From the human T2T-CHM13v2.0 reference genome, Homo sapiens: DNA of 64,000 nucleotides. The notes beneath the pieces are model-generated. The model was not told where the DNA came from, ran no database searches, and worked only from the letters and a program-made list of their open reading frames with translations. Of this stretch, positions 43,733 to 56,735 are shown one piece after another (the first letter of the stretch is position 1; every line of letters begins with the position of its first letter). The stretch is taken from NCBI RefSeq assembly GCF_009914755.1, contig NC_060928.1; one strand, written 5' to 3'. Position numbers and translations under genes: made by a program.

Positions 43733-44165
43733 TGTCACACGCGTCCATGTGAAGAGACCACCAAACAGGCTTTGTGTGAGCAGTAAAGCTTTTTAATCAC
43801 CTGGGTGCAGGCGGGCTGAGTCCGAAAAGAGAATCAGCAAGGAAGATAGGGGTGGGGCAGTTTTATAGGATTTGGGTAGCTAACGGAAAATTACAGTCAA
43901 AGGGGGTTGTTCTCTTGAGGGTAGGCTTGAGGCTCACAAGGTGCTCAGTGGGGGAGCTTCTGAGCCAGGAGAAGGAATTTCACAAGGTTAATTGATCAGT
44001 TAAGGTGGGGCAGGAACAAATCACAATGGTGGAATGTCATCATTTAAGGCAGGAACCAGCCATTTTCACTTCTTTTGTGATTCTTCACTTGCTTCAGGCC
44101 ATCTGGATGTATACATGGAGGTCACAGGGGATATGATGGCTTAACTTGGGCTCAGAGGCCTGACA
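43733..44165 (-). mobile_element. LTR7-family LTR (HERV-H 5' LTR), 433 bp
   Basis: Minus strand TGTCAGGCCTCTGAGCCCAAG..GTGTGACA; about 92% identical to 37733-38165 by manual count; preceded by CTATG on the minus strand. Confidence 0.96.
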
Positions 44166-44206
44166 CATAGATAAGGGAGGACTACTGTAAAATACAGTTA
44201 AATATA

Positions 44207-44985
44207 TAGAATGTCCTCATTATTTGTGTTAGTTATGGTCTATAAAGTTATGAACCCCAAAAATTGGAGACAAGTCTCAGTTAATTTAGAAAATTTGTTT
44301 TGCCACGGTGGAGAATGCACACCCATGACACAACCTCAGGAAGTCCTGACAACACATGCCCAAAGTGGTTGGGGCACAGCTTAGTTTTATATATTTTAGG
44401 AAGACATGAGGCATGAATCAATATATGTAAGAAGTACATTGGTTCCATACAGAAAGGCAGAGACTACTCAAGGCAAGCCCCCCTGTCCCTGCCACCTTGC
44501 CCTCCCATCCCCACCCCAGGGGGCTTCCATGTCACAGATAGGTGAGAGATAAATGGTTACATTTTTTGAGTTTCTGATAAGCCTTTCCAAAAAGGCAATC
44601 AGAACATGCATCTATCTCTGTGAACAGAGGGATGACTTTGAATAGAATGGGAGGCAGGTGTGCCCTGAGCATTTCCAGCTTGAATTTTCCTTTTAGCTTA
44701 GTGATTTTGGGGGCCCAAGATATTTTCCTTTCACAAAGTTGTTGTGAATACTGAATTAGTGAATGGTGAATCATTGTTCTTAAAGGAAATATAGGGGAAA
44801 GATCATGTGAGTTCTTTTTGTCAATTGATCAATTGTCACCTTTTTGTCAATTGATCAATATATAACCTGGTTTTATGTGTGTTTCTGTTAAGATACCTTA
44901 ATATATTTGTTAATTTATTTACATTCAACTCACAACCAACAGCACTGTAATTCATGCCTGAACAAAGCTTATCAACTGCATGTAT
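44207..44985 (+). mobile_element. MER82-like Tigger element split by MER4A
   Basis: GTCCTCATTATTTGTGTTAGTTATGGTCTATAAAGT|..|GAATACTGAATTAGTGAAT..TTTTATGTGTGTTTCTG. Confidence 0.7.
44249..44735 (-). mobile_element. Solo MER4A-type LTR
   Basis: Minus strand TGTGAAAGGAAAATATCTTGGGCCCCCAAAATCACTAAGC; 4-bp TSD AAGT. Confidence 0.9.
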
Positions 44986-45000
44986 GCTCCACCTATCCTC

Positions 45001-45155
45001 TGGAAACTGCCTTTCCAAAAATTATATGAGAAAATTATGGCAGTAAAAGAGATCTGACTGAACATCTTGCCTTTAGCTGCCAGTGATTATTCCTGGGCTT
45101 GGACCGAGCTAACTCTGGGAGACATTTAGTTTATAGTTTAAATGATAATAGCCCT
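45001..45155 (+). mobile_element. LTR8-family 5' fragment
   Basis: TGGAAACTGCCTTTCCAAAAATTAT..TTAGTTTATAGTTTAAATGATAATAGCCCT. Confidence 0.75.
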
Positions 45156-45848
45156 CTGGCCTGGCCACATGACCCTTGAGCAGTAAGGAATTATAGAAAC
45201 TATACCTACATTTTAGCAGAGTTCAAGCCCCTCCCATAATCCTATTCTTGCAGCCTTTCATTAGACTTACAAAGGTGATTTTGAGTCCGTGTGTAAGGAG
45301 GGAATTAGTTTTAGGGAGGGACTGTAATGAGTTGGCTCTGTGTCCCCACCCAAATCTCATGTCAAATTATAATTCCCAACATTGCAGAAGGGACCTGTTG
45401 GGAGGTGATTGGATCATGGGGTCGAATTTCCCCTTTGCTTTTCTTGTGATAATGAGTTCTCATAAGATCTGCTTGTTTAAAAGTGTGTGGCACTTCTGTC
45501 GCCATGTGAAGATGTGCTTGCTTCTCCTTTGCCTTCTGCCATGATTGTAAGTTTCTTGAGGCCTCCTCAGCCATGCCTCCTGTACAATCTGTGAAATTGT
45601 GAGTCAATTAAAAACTATTTTCTTTATAAACTACACAGTCTCTGGTAGTTCTTTATAGCAATGTGAGAATGGACTAATACAGAGACTATTATCATCCTTG
45701 CTTTCAAGTGAAACTATAAACTAAGTTCCTCCCAATGTTAGCTTGGCTTATTCCAAGGAATGACAAGGACAGCTTGGAGGTCAGCAGCAAGATGGAGTCA
45801 ACTACATCAGATTTCGCTTACTGTCATAATTTTGCAAAGGCAGTTTCA
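45153..45848 (-). mobile_element. LTR8-family 5' half, interrupted by MSTA
   Basis: Minus strand TGAAACTGCCTTTGCAAAATTATGACAG..TTAGTTTATAGTTT..GGTCATGTGGCCAG. Confidence 0.8.
45323..45681 (+). mobile_element. MSTA-type MaLR LTR
   Basis: GGCTCTGTGTCCCCACCCAAATCTCAT..GGACTAATACA; TSD GGGAC/GAGAC. Confidence 0.9.
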
Positions 45849-46694
45849 GTGGGATTTAGGAAAGTAGATAAAGTTTGTGCCATTGTTTGTTTATACTGCT
45901 ATGCATGGTCTTAGTCCTTTTCACGGTCATAAAACTTCCCCACAACCCCAGAGAGGAATTATGGTAGGTACACTCTTGGTCTCTCTCCTGGGAGTAGAAG
46001 CTTCCCTCAAAAGAGAATTTACGGCAGTCATCATGTCTCAGAAGTTTCTGCGATAGTCAGATAAGGGAAGCTCCAAGAAGGCTTCTTTCTGCATCTGTTG
46101 TATCATAAAAGTCTTCAGCTTAAGATAATTTTATACCAACTTGGTGACCCAGGAGGTCCTCACAAAGTCAGTACAGCTAATAGTATTTGAAGGATTGATT
46201 TATTCCTGAGCCATAGGGATACATTTTTATTCTGACTCTAGGTTTATCTCATGGGTGTTGGTTCTTAGAGTTTTGTTTTGTTTTCTAAGAAAATTTCAAA
46301 AAAATTGTAATTTTTATAAAACTAGAGGCACTAGGGTTTCTAGGCAGATCCAACACTTGTCCCTTATCATTTCAGCGTTACTACAGCTCCTTACCATCCC
46401 TAGTCCCTTTCAGATTTTCCTGAAACTTAGAGCTCCCCAGATGTTTGATGATTTAAGTGTATCCTGAGGTTTGCCCTCTCATGGAAGTCCCCATAAACAC
46501 AAATGGTGACACATTTATCCAAGTTTATGACTCTCTTCTGATGACATGATTTTACATCCATCAGATGCCTCTGCAAGTCTGCCAAATATCACAAGGCAAT
46601 TCACTAGTGAGAATAAATTCCATAAATTTAATTCAATTATAAATAAGTTCCTGTGCTTTCTTGAGAAAATTAATACGTTTTATGTGTACCAAGA

Positions 46695-46915
46695 GTGAAG
46701 GCTCTGGAGTCAGACTGTCTGGTATCATATACCAGCTACAACACTTCTTGGATGTGTGAGTTACTTTATTCCTTAATGCCTCAGTTCCATCTTACTTGAA
46801 ATAAGGATAATAACTGTACCTTCTTGATAGTGTTGCTGTGATGATTCAACAGAATAATTCCTGTGAACCTCCAAGGACAGGGCCTGCAACTTAGAAAGCA
46901 TTTAATGAGTATTAA
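46695..46915 (+). mobile_element. MIR
   Basis: GGCTCTGGAGTCAGACTG..ATGCCTCAGTTCCATC..GGATAATAAC. Confidence 0.75.
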
Positions 46916-49340
46916 CTAGGGGGAATTAGAAGCAATCATGGTTTGCATTTTTTTAGAATTCAACAAGTCAAATCTCTACTGATATGAACAGGCTGTTTAC
47001 TATAGTCCTTCAAAAGTTTTCTGTAACTCAACCATTTGAATTGCTACATTCTGATTCAAGTTTTCCTAGATATCATTGTAGGGGCCAAAGGGACAACTTC
47101 CCATTTGCTTTCTGAACGTTTGATGAGAAATCAGCTCACAAAAGGCAGATTAATTGGAGAAAAAGCATACACATTTTATTAGCATACACATGGGGAACAT
47201 TACTGAGTGATTACCCAACCCCGCAATGGAATGCAGAAGCTTAAATGCCATCTTGAGGTTACAAAAAGAATGAGGGCTTCGGCTGTGGCAAAACAGATTA
47301 CCAAAGGGAGAAAAGAGGAGGCTTGGCTAGCAAAGGTGTTCTCATTACATAGTTGAAACTTCACAGGTAGCAGTCCTGTTAGAGAATAGATGGCAAATGT
47401 TTCTTTCAGACCTTTAAAGGTGTTTCAGACTCTCAGTTAATCTTTCCCAGATCTAGACAAGGGAAGGCCTGGCTTCATCAATGCAGATTTTCTACAGATG
47501 CAAATTTCCCCCACAAGATATAACTTTGCAGGGCTACTTCTGTATGCTAGCTCTCTGACAGCCATCTCAAAATATGTCAAAGAAATATATTTTGGGGGAT
47601 AAAATATTTTGATATCCTTTAGTCCCCACTTTGAAACTTTAAAATTTCACATTTTAAAGGCCAAGCTGATTGCTTTGGAGAGACTTTGGTTAGAGGTTGT
47701 TAGATATAGAAGAAAAGTGGAAAAAACAATTGGGATAAGCAGAAAAGAGCAAAGTTAAATATAGAATTCCATATCTTCTTTAGTCAGTCTCTTAGTTCTG
47801 AGGATAGATCAGCTCAATTAAACAGCTGTGTCCCATTCCAGGAGGTGGCATAACGGATGGGCTAGGCCTCTATGTATGATGCAGGAAAACAGATCTTTAA
47901 TAAGAGGCATTTCTATGGATACAGAAGAAAAATTAAGGTTAATGACTGGAGTAGTCTATAGAATAGTCTTTCTGGAGTCTCTGGAGCATCTTTGGACTGC
48001 AGTGGCAATCTGACAGATTACATTTTTAAAAGCCTTGAGGGTGGAAAGCCAAGCCAAGGATTTGCCACCATACTGTCTTCAATACCTGTACAAATTGGAT
48101 GAATTTCTCTTTTCTTGAGGTCTCAAAATAACTTGAGGTGCATGGGCCTGTCAGAATGTTGCATTCTCACCACAGCTCAGGAACCTTGTAAAGGAACTGC
48201 ATAGAAAAATTACCAGGCCAGTCTGTCCAAGGGATGTCTTAGCAGCTCAATAAAGTCAATGTGAATTCCTTAAAGCAGTCTGTTCATGTCTGAAAATATG
48301 CCATTCCAGTCAAAGCCTTGGTAAAATAACCAGTGCCTCTAACTGTGTCCTTTTATTAAAAAGAAAAAAAAGATTCTTATTGAACTTATGTAAATAATTA
48401 TATTGCCATAAATTAAGAATACTCACAAATAGTTTCCAAATTCTGGAGAAATTAGGTTTAGAGAAAGCTAAATGATTCACATGTGCTCACAAAAGTATAT
48501 TTAACCCAATTGTTGTAAGTTATAAATAGCTCAAGGGAGAAAAAAAAAGTTTTTTTGACCATGGAAAACAAAACAAAAAGAATCAGCCATGTTTCAAACC
48601 AAAAAAAGTCACAAAACTTATTTCAGTCCTCTATTAATTTAGTCTGATGTAATTAATTCTTGTTCCATTTGATGTTGGGTTAGCAATCTTCATGAATGTA
48701 TCATCTTTTTAGAGTCTTAGATGTTTTCTACCTAGACCAATGGTATGACCTCCAAAGTTATGAGAAATCTGTATTCAATAATATGTGTTAGGTTCCTTTC
48801 CATAAATTTCCTTGAAGAAGAAAATTTTGGACTATAACCAATTATAAATTGCTTTTTGAGAAGAAACAAAGTAAAACAATAATTTAACATAATAATTATA
48901 ATTATTACCAATAACATATACTAACACATATCAGAATTTTAGTAATTAAATTTAGTAATTTAATTATCCAAAATTACAATTTTGGAATATATATCAATAA
49001 CACATTTATATAAATATAACTCAGAGAAAGTTAACCACCATTTCTTATTTGACGATGCTTCCCATTTGATCTTAACATATCAAATAAGCCTAATGTGTCT
49101 CTCTTGTATTTCTAGGGACCCTAATATCCAAAATGCTAGTTTGAGATAAAAATGACTGAATTTAGAATTAGAAATTTTGTTTTTGGGAAGAATATCAAAT
49201 ATTAAAGTTTTAAAACACTTGGTCAAAATAGGATTGCAGGTCACTACGATTATCACTTTGGATAAATTACCATTTTGGATAAATTATCATTTAATTATCT
49301 TTTAATTACCCAAAATGATAATTAAAAGATTTCAAAAAGT

Positions 49341-49633
<293 letters not shown>

Positions 49634-50416
49634 TCAAGAGCAAAAATCTTTACTCTTTGATAGTGAAGAGACTCAGTTTCCCCAACAATCATAAGACCTA
49701 ATAAAGACACCACAAGGCAAACTTAAACTATTTTTTCTCTCTCTTTATTTTGCAGTTTACTTAAGAGGTAAACAAACCTTTTTACTATCTCTTATTATTT
49801 ACAAAAATCTTGTTTTCTAGAAAACCAAAGTCTACTTTACATCAGTATATTATTATGCTAAAGTTAATTTTAATAAAACTGTATGAACAAATTCAGCCAT
49901 CTCAGTTTTGACCACAAATTATGATTTCCATAAACCTTTTATAAATCATTCCAAATTTTCCCATTCTCTCATTTCCTCAACTTTCTCTGTTCATTCAGTG
50001 TTACCAATTTTCTTATTCTTAAAATTTAAAACAGCTTTTAAAAACCTCTAAACTATGCAAAATTACTTTTCCTTTAACAAAAACCATATTCTCATGCCTT
50101 TTTATAAACTTTTTTTAACCAAAAATGCATTTTACTTTTCTTATATACTTCAGCATACAGAATTGCTTTTCTTATATCTAGTAGTTTTAATTACATATGT
50201 TAAGTATAATGTTAACTCTTAGTAACCCTAATTTTCAGTGAAAAACCTAGGAAAAAAGCAATTTTAATTATGTACCAGATGCAGAGCCATGAAGACAATG
50301 CCTGGAGGATCTAACTCCTCTCAGCATGGCCAAGAGGCATAGCTAGGCCAGGGGGACAGGGCCCAGGTATTGTCCCAGGTTTCACCATGGTCATTTGCCT
50401 AGACTTCAGAATCTAA

Positions 50417-50780
<364 letters not shown>

Positions 50781-51653
50781 AGAAGTAACAGTTTTATGAC
50801 CTTAAAACATACAGTAGAGACAGTATAAATCTGTCTGACCAATAGATCCAGCAAAAAACTCTAGGTTAAATTATGAAGACATTTCTATTTTATTTTATCA
50901 AAATTGTATAACTCTCTTTACCAAAGATTAACAAAATCACATGAACTTGTAAAGCATTAGGGCTTATTTACTTAATTCATGAGTACTCATTTACTTAAAG
51001 TCATACAGAGAATATATAAACATAGACACGTAGGCATAAAAATAAAGACAGACACAAAGACTTTATATCTTTGACTTAAAATTTTTAGACATAGATTTCT
51101 AAAACTACCTAGTTTTAAAGGACAGTTGGATTAAAACTGCGCCTTTGTACATGAAAAAGTTAATCTCACATGGTCTTAGACCCTACTGGGTTTTAGAGAA
51201 AACAGAGTAACAAATTTACATCTCAAAGCACATAGAGAGAGAATTAAATCTTTTTAAGAAGGAATTTGAGAGTGTTATAGGAATATTAGAAATGGATGCC
51301 CAGGTTACACAGAAGCATGGGAACTTACCATAGGATTTTATAAGGAGGCCAATTTCATTGATTTTCACTCAATTTAGTTCTCTGATTGGGAATCAAACCC
51401 AGACTGCAGTTGTAAATCACAGGACTACAAAGTAAAGCCACCTTTATTGTGAACCCTACAGGGGATCACAGCAGGAAGTTTGAGCTTACAAAGGATTTTA
51501 ACTTTGTTTTAGGCCAGATTTTTGCTCTTTAATTTTGTCAAGAGAATTTCTAAGGCTAGTCATGACACTATTATGTCTCTTTCTTTTAATTTGAGCTTCC
51601 ATTAACTTTTTAAAATAAAATATCTCTAAATTTTTTTTTTTAATTTAGGAGTT

Positions 51654-51959
51654 GGCTGGTGTGATGACTCTTGCCTGTAATCGCAGCACTTTGGGAGGCT
51701 GAGATGGGAGGATCCTTGAAGCCAGGAGTTTGAGACTAGCCTGGGCAGCATAGTGAGACACTGTCTCTACAAAATAATAATAATAAAAAAATTAGCCATC
51801 ATGGTGGCATGCACCTATAGTCCAAGCTATTTGGAAGGCTGAGGCAGGGGATCACTTAGGTGATGAGGAGTTTGAGGCTTTCTTGAGTCATGATTGCACC
51901 ACTGCACTCCAGAGCCTGGGTGACACAGCAAGACTCTGTTTCTAACAACAACACAAAAA
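51654..51959 (+). mobile_element. Alu (AluJ-like)
   Basis: Full dimer. Confidence 0.9.
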
Positions 51960-52820
51960 TGTAGGAATCTAGTTTAAAGGATACATCTCCTGGCCATTGA
52001 ATTTCCAATGGTGCATTTATTCCAATAGTGACTCATTCCAATAGCCTCCTTATGGAAAGCCCAGGGTCTAATTATCCAGGTTCAGAAGGCATTTTCTCAG
52101 AGAGGGCACAGAAGAGGCTGTCCCAAAGATCCTCCCTGAAAAATTAACTTCAAGAATAGGCCAAGACAGCAGAAGACTCTTGTTGCCCATAGACAGTAAC
52201 CCACAAATTTGTGGGGGACTGTCAATCACAGACCAGTTAATATGCGACGTCGGGTAGGCCCTTCTGGAATTGGACTTTCCCAGCACTAACCAGTCAAGAA
52301 GGGTAGAGGTGACAAAAGCCCTTTATGGATAGACTTCTTATGACAGACTCTCTCAAGAGCTTGACACATTCAGAACAAAGTCTCAGGTTCCCAGCTACTT
52401 TCAGACTGACCAGTTGACATGACCTAGAAATCAAGCACCCCAGATGGTAGAGATCCAGAGAGATTGCTTCCACTTAGTCACAGGTCAAGCTCTTGAGGAC
52501 ATAGAACAAGATGAGCGGGAAACTTATCTGATACCTCTCTTTATGACAGAACAACATAGAAAGACAAAGACCAAGGAAAATACTATTTCTGGGAAGAAAG
52601 GGATCAAACAATAGGTACCTCCATACCACGAATGACTGAAAAGCACGCCAGAGTCTCTATGCCTACAAATACTCACACAAATCCTTCTCTCCCATTAATC
52701 AAGATTTCAGAGGGGAAAAAGAAACAGTGACCTTTACCATCTGCTTGACAGGATTCCACAGAGAGAGAGAGAGAGAGAGTGGGTCCAGAGGCATGGCTGA
52801 TAAGAAATTCTTACCTGATA

Positions 52821-53014
<194 letters not shown>

Positions 53015-53088
53015 TTACCCTTATGCTGGCCAATCAGGGCTTAGATTCCCCTCACTGCTGCTTCCAAAAAAACAGAGCGGCTTTGGTG

Positions 53089-53106
53089 ATCCTGCTCACA
53101 GTGCCA
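53089..53106 (-). other. Primer-binding site, tRNA-Ser(CGA)-like
   Basis: TGGCACTGTGAGCAGGAT is 17/18 complementary to the tRNA-Ser(CGA) 3' end as I recall it (..ATCCTGCTCACAGCGCCA); 4 nt from the LTR end. Confidence 0.8.
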
Positions 53107-53462
53107 AAACTGTAGGGCAAAGGGAGAGAACACTTCCCCTTTACCCTCAGACAGTTTACAAAAAAGTCAACTCACAAAAGGCAAATTAATGGGAGAAAAG
53201 GCATACACATTTTATGAATGTGTACATGGGGAGCATCACAGAGTGATCACCCACCCCTGCCCCAGTGGGGTGCAAAAGCTTATATACCATCTTGTTACAG
53301 AAAGAACGGGGGCTTGGATCACGGCAAAACAGGTTATGAGAAGGAGAGAAGAGGAGGCCTGGCTAGCAAAGATGGTCTTGTGATGTAGAGGAAACCTCAC
53401 AGGTAGCAGCTCTCAGAGAGAATAGGTGGTATATGTTTCTTTCAGACATGTACAGGTGTCAG

Positions 53463-53793
53463 ATCACGGTGGTGGATCCTTCCTGTATGGTTTCGCACCA
53501 TTCCCCTGGTGCTGTTGTGATAGTGAGTTCTTGGGAGAGCTGGTTGTTTAAAAGTCCGTAGCACCTCCCCTCTCTCTCTCTCTTGCTCCTGCTCCCGCCA
53601 TATAAGATGCCTGCTCCCCCTTTACCTTCCGCCACAATTTTAAGCTTCCTGAGGCCTCCCCAGAAGGAGAGCAGATGCCAGCATCATGCTTCCTGCACAG
53701 CCTGTGGAGCTGTGAGCCGATTAAACCTCTTTTCTTTATAAATTATCCAGTCTCAGGTATTTCTTTATAGCAATGCAAGAATGGACTAATGCA
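53463..53793 (+). mobile_element. MSTB-type LTR lacking its 5' end
   Basis: GTGATAGTGAGTTC..GCTTCCTGAGGCCTCCCCAGAAG..GGACTAATGCA. Confidence 0.88.
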
Positions 53794-54510
53794 AGCTCTA
53801 TGGTTAAAATAAGCTCAATTAAAAGCTGATTTATATATATATATATACACACACACAAATATATACATATATGTGTGTACATATATGTGTGTGTATATAT
53901 ATATACATATATGTATATCTTTTCTGCTTTTTCTCTTTGGATCCCATTATGAACATTTTTTTCAGTTGACTGAAACCCTTTTTAAAATTATGTGCTCAAT
54001 CCCTCTGTTCACGTCCTTTCTTAAGTATTTTTCTCTCATTTACTTTTACTCCTCCCTACTCTGCAAATTCCCCCCACAAAAGCTTAAATACCAACTAAGC
54101 TTTGCAAGGCTACTTCTGTTTGCTGTCTCTCTGACAGCTATCCCAAAATATATTTTGAGGTTCAATATTTTTATTTCCCTCAGTATAAACTGGTGATGAT
54201 TAAGGTCGAAAGTGTGAAGAAATTTCTATAAAAGTTTGTGATACAATGATGAACTCTATTGATAAACACTATCAAGGAAATAGCCTTCTCGCCTGACTTG
54301 AATAAACCACTTTATCCTTTCCCTCCAATCTTTCATTGTAGTTCCCATATTGGCACTGCACTCGGGTGGTACAGGAAGGAAGAATGTCTGGAAAGTGGAG
54401 TATTTACCTGAAAAACAGATTAAACAGGATATGGAGATAGTTAAAATGATGAGTTTAAGATCCTTCCCCACTCACTAGCATAGAGGCTTGATAATTAGTT
54501 TCAGGTAACT

Positions 54511-54918
54511 TGTAAGATTCTCCCCAGGGCCTGAAAGCCTAAGGGGATGAGTGACTCCTCCCTGCTCAGGCCCAGTCCCAAGGTGCAAGGCCACCTGCAT
54601 CAGCAGCGTGTGTCAGCAAGACAGCAGAAGCAGGAAGAGAGCCAACCAGAAGACACCTACCCTGGCCGTAAGACATGTACCACCGAAGATCCGAGAAAGA
54701 GGCCATCTGGGTACAATGTAGCAGTTACATCAGACTAGGACACTTCCTGTTTACAGGAGGCTATAAAACTTCTGCGCTGTCCTCACCTGGGGCTGACACC
54801 ATTTTAGGCCTCAGCCGGCCAGCACCTAGGCGCTCATTAAAACAGCATGTTGCTCCACACCACCTCGTGTTGTCTGTTGGCATGCTCTCAGGGTTCGAAC
54901 CGATACAAGAACCTTACA
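54511..54918 (+). mobile_element. Solo LTR, MER48-like
   Basis: TGTAAGATTCTCCCCAGGGCCTGAAAGC..TATAAAA..ATTAAA..GATACAAGAACCTTACA; no TSD visible. Confidence 0.75.
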
Positions 54919-55309
54919 GTGGAAAATAAATGTTTTTGCATAATCTGAGTGAATTATTAGACTCTGCCATCAGCACCATCTTTATAATTGGTAGAGCCCA
55001 ATGCAAAGTGAAGATGCAAAGCCTCTTGTTCAAAAAGTAAGAAAAAAAATGCAATTCAAGGCACTAAAATATAAAGCTTTTACTTTTCTTCCACACTGTC
55101 TTACTTTGTCATGGTATTTTTTTATTTGCTCCTTAATGTTGTTCTAAGTAAAGTATCACTTTAAACCACTAGCATCAATTCTACCCTCATCTTTATATTG
55201 TGCAATGCCAGTGATGGGGCTCAGGACACAGTACCCCAAAATATGACTCCAGGGAACCAGAATATGCCATGCCAAATATGGCTCTTTGGCATAATAATTA
55301 TATTGAGCT

Positions 55310-56735
55310 TGAGAAGTGGCAACATGGAAGCAGCCCTTGCTCGCTCTTGGCGCCTCCTTGGCCTTGGCATCTGCTCTGGCCACACTCAAGGAGCCCTTCA
55401 GCCCGCTGCTGCACTATGAGGGCTGCTCTCTGGGGCTGGCCAAGGCCGGAGCCGGCTCCCTCCACTTGTGGGGAAGTGTGAAAAGAGAGTTGCCATATAC
55501 ACTGTGGAATACTATGCAGCCATAAAAAATGATGAGTTCATGTCCTTTGTAGGGACATGGATGAAGCTGGAAACCATCATTCTCAGCAAACTATCGCAAG
55601 GACAAAAAACCAAACACCTCATGTTCTCACTCATAGGTGGGAATTGAACAATGAGAACACATGGACACGGGAAGGGGAACATCACACACCAGGGCCTGTT
55701 GTGGGGTGCAGGGAGTGGGGAGGGATAGCATTAGGAGATATACCTAATGTTAAATGACGAGTTAATGGGTGCAGCACACCAACATGGCACATGTGTACAT
55801 ATGTAACTAACCTGCACGTTGTGCACATGTACCCTAAAACCTAAAGTATACTTAAAAAAAAAAAGAAAGAAAGAAAGAAAAGAAAAGAGAGGTGCCGGCA
55901 GGAGCCGGGGCTGCGCGCGGCACTCGGTGCTCCTGGGCTGGCGCGGGTTCCAGGTGAGCACCAGCTCGGCAAGCCCCACACTTGGCGTGGCCAGCTGGTA
56001 CCTGCTGGGCTTGATCCGAGGCTGAATCCCGTGTGTGGACCACCATTCCCTCTTCGCCAGGATAGCAGGTCTCCATCTCTTTATGGCTTACCGTCTTTTC
56101 CTCTTGATTGTCTGGGACAAGCTCCCTCTGGGCTGTCGGAGTGTTCAGGCTAGGTGCCGCAAAGTCCTGTGGTGAATGCCGGTGAGAGGTGAAGCCGGCT
56201 GGGCTTTTGGGATGGGTGGGGACTTGGAGAACTTTTGTGGCTAAGGGTTTGTAAATGCACCAATCAGCACTCTGTCAAAATGGACCAATCAGCTCTCTGT
56301 AAAACGGACCAATCAGCGCTCTGTAAAATGGACCAATGAGCTCTCTGTAAAATGGACCAATCAGCAGGATGTGGGTAGGGCCAAATAAGGGAATAAAGCA
56401 CGCCGGCTGAGTCAGCAGCGGCAACCCGCTAGGGTCCCTTTCCATGTTGTGGAAGCTTTTTTCTTTCGCTCTTCACAATAAATCTTGTTGCTGCTCACTC
56501 TTTGGGTCCATGCCAGCTTTTATGAGCTGTAACACTCACCTCGAAGGTCTGCAGCTTCACTCCTGAAGTCAGCCAACCACAAACCCGCCAGAAGGAAGAA
56601 ACTCCAGACACGTCCGAACATGGGAAGGAACAAACTCTAGACACACCATCTTTAAGAACTGTAACACTCACCACCAGGGTCCGCGGCTTCATTCTTGAAG
56701 TCAGCGAGACCAAGAACCCACCAATTCCGGACGCA
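55310..56735 (+). mobile_element. Solo LTR12-family LTR interrupted by L1PA
   Basis: TGAGAAGTGGCAAC..CCAATCAGC repeats..AAGAACCCACCAATTCCGGACGCA; 4-bp TSD AGCT. Confidence 0.93.
55495..55881 (+). mobile_element. 5'-truncated L1PA (L1PA3/4-like) 3' end
   Basis: GGAATACTATGCAGCCATAAAAAATGATGAGTTCATG..CCTAAAGTATA plus A/GAAA tail; 15-bp TSD GAAAAGAGAG(T/G)TGCC. Confidence 0.95.

Noticed and set aside
53089-53106. tRNA gene
   Set aside because: Only the 18-nt 3' end including CCA is present, next to an LTR, so it is a primer-binding site.
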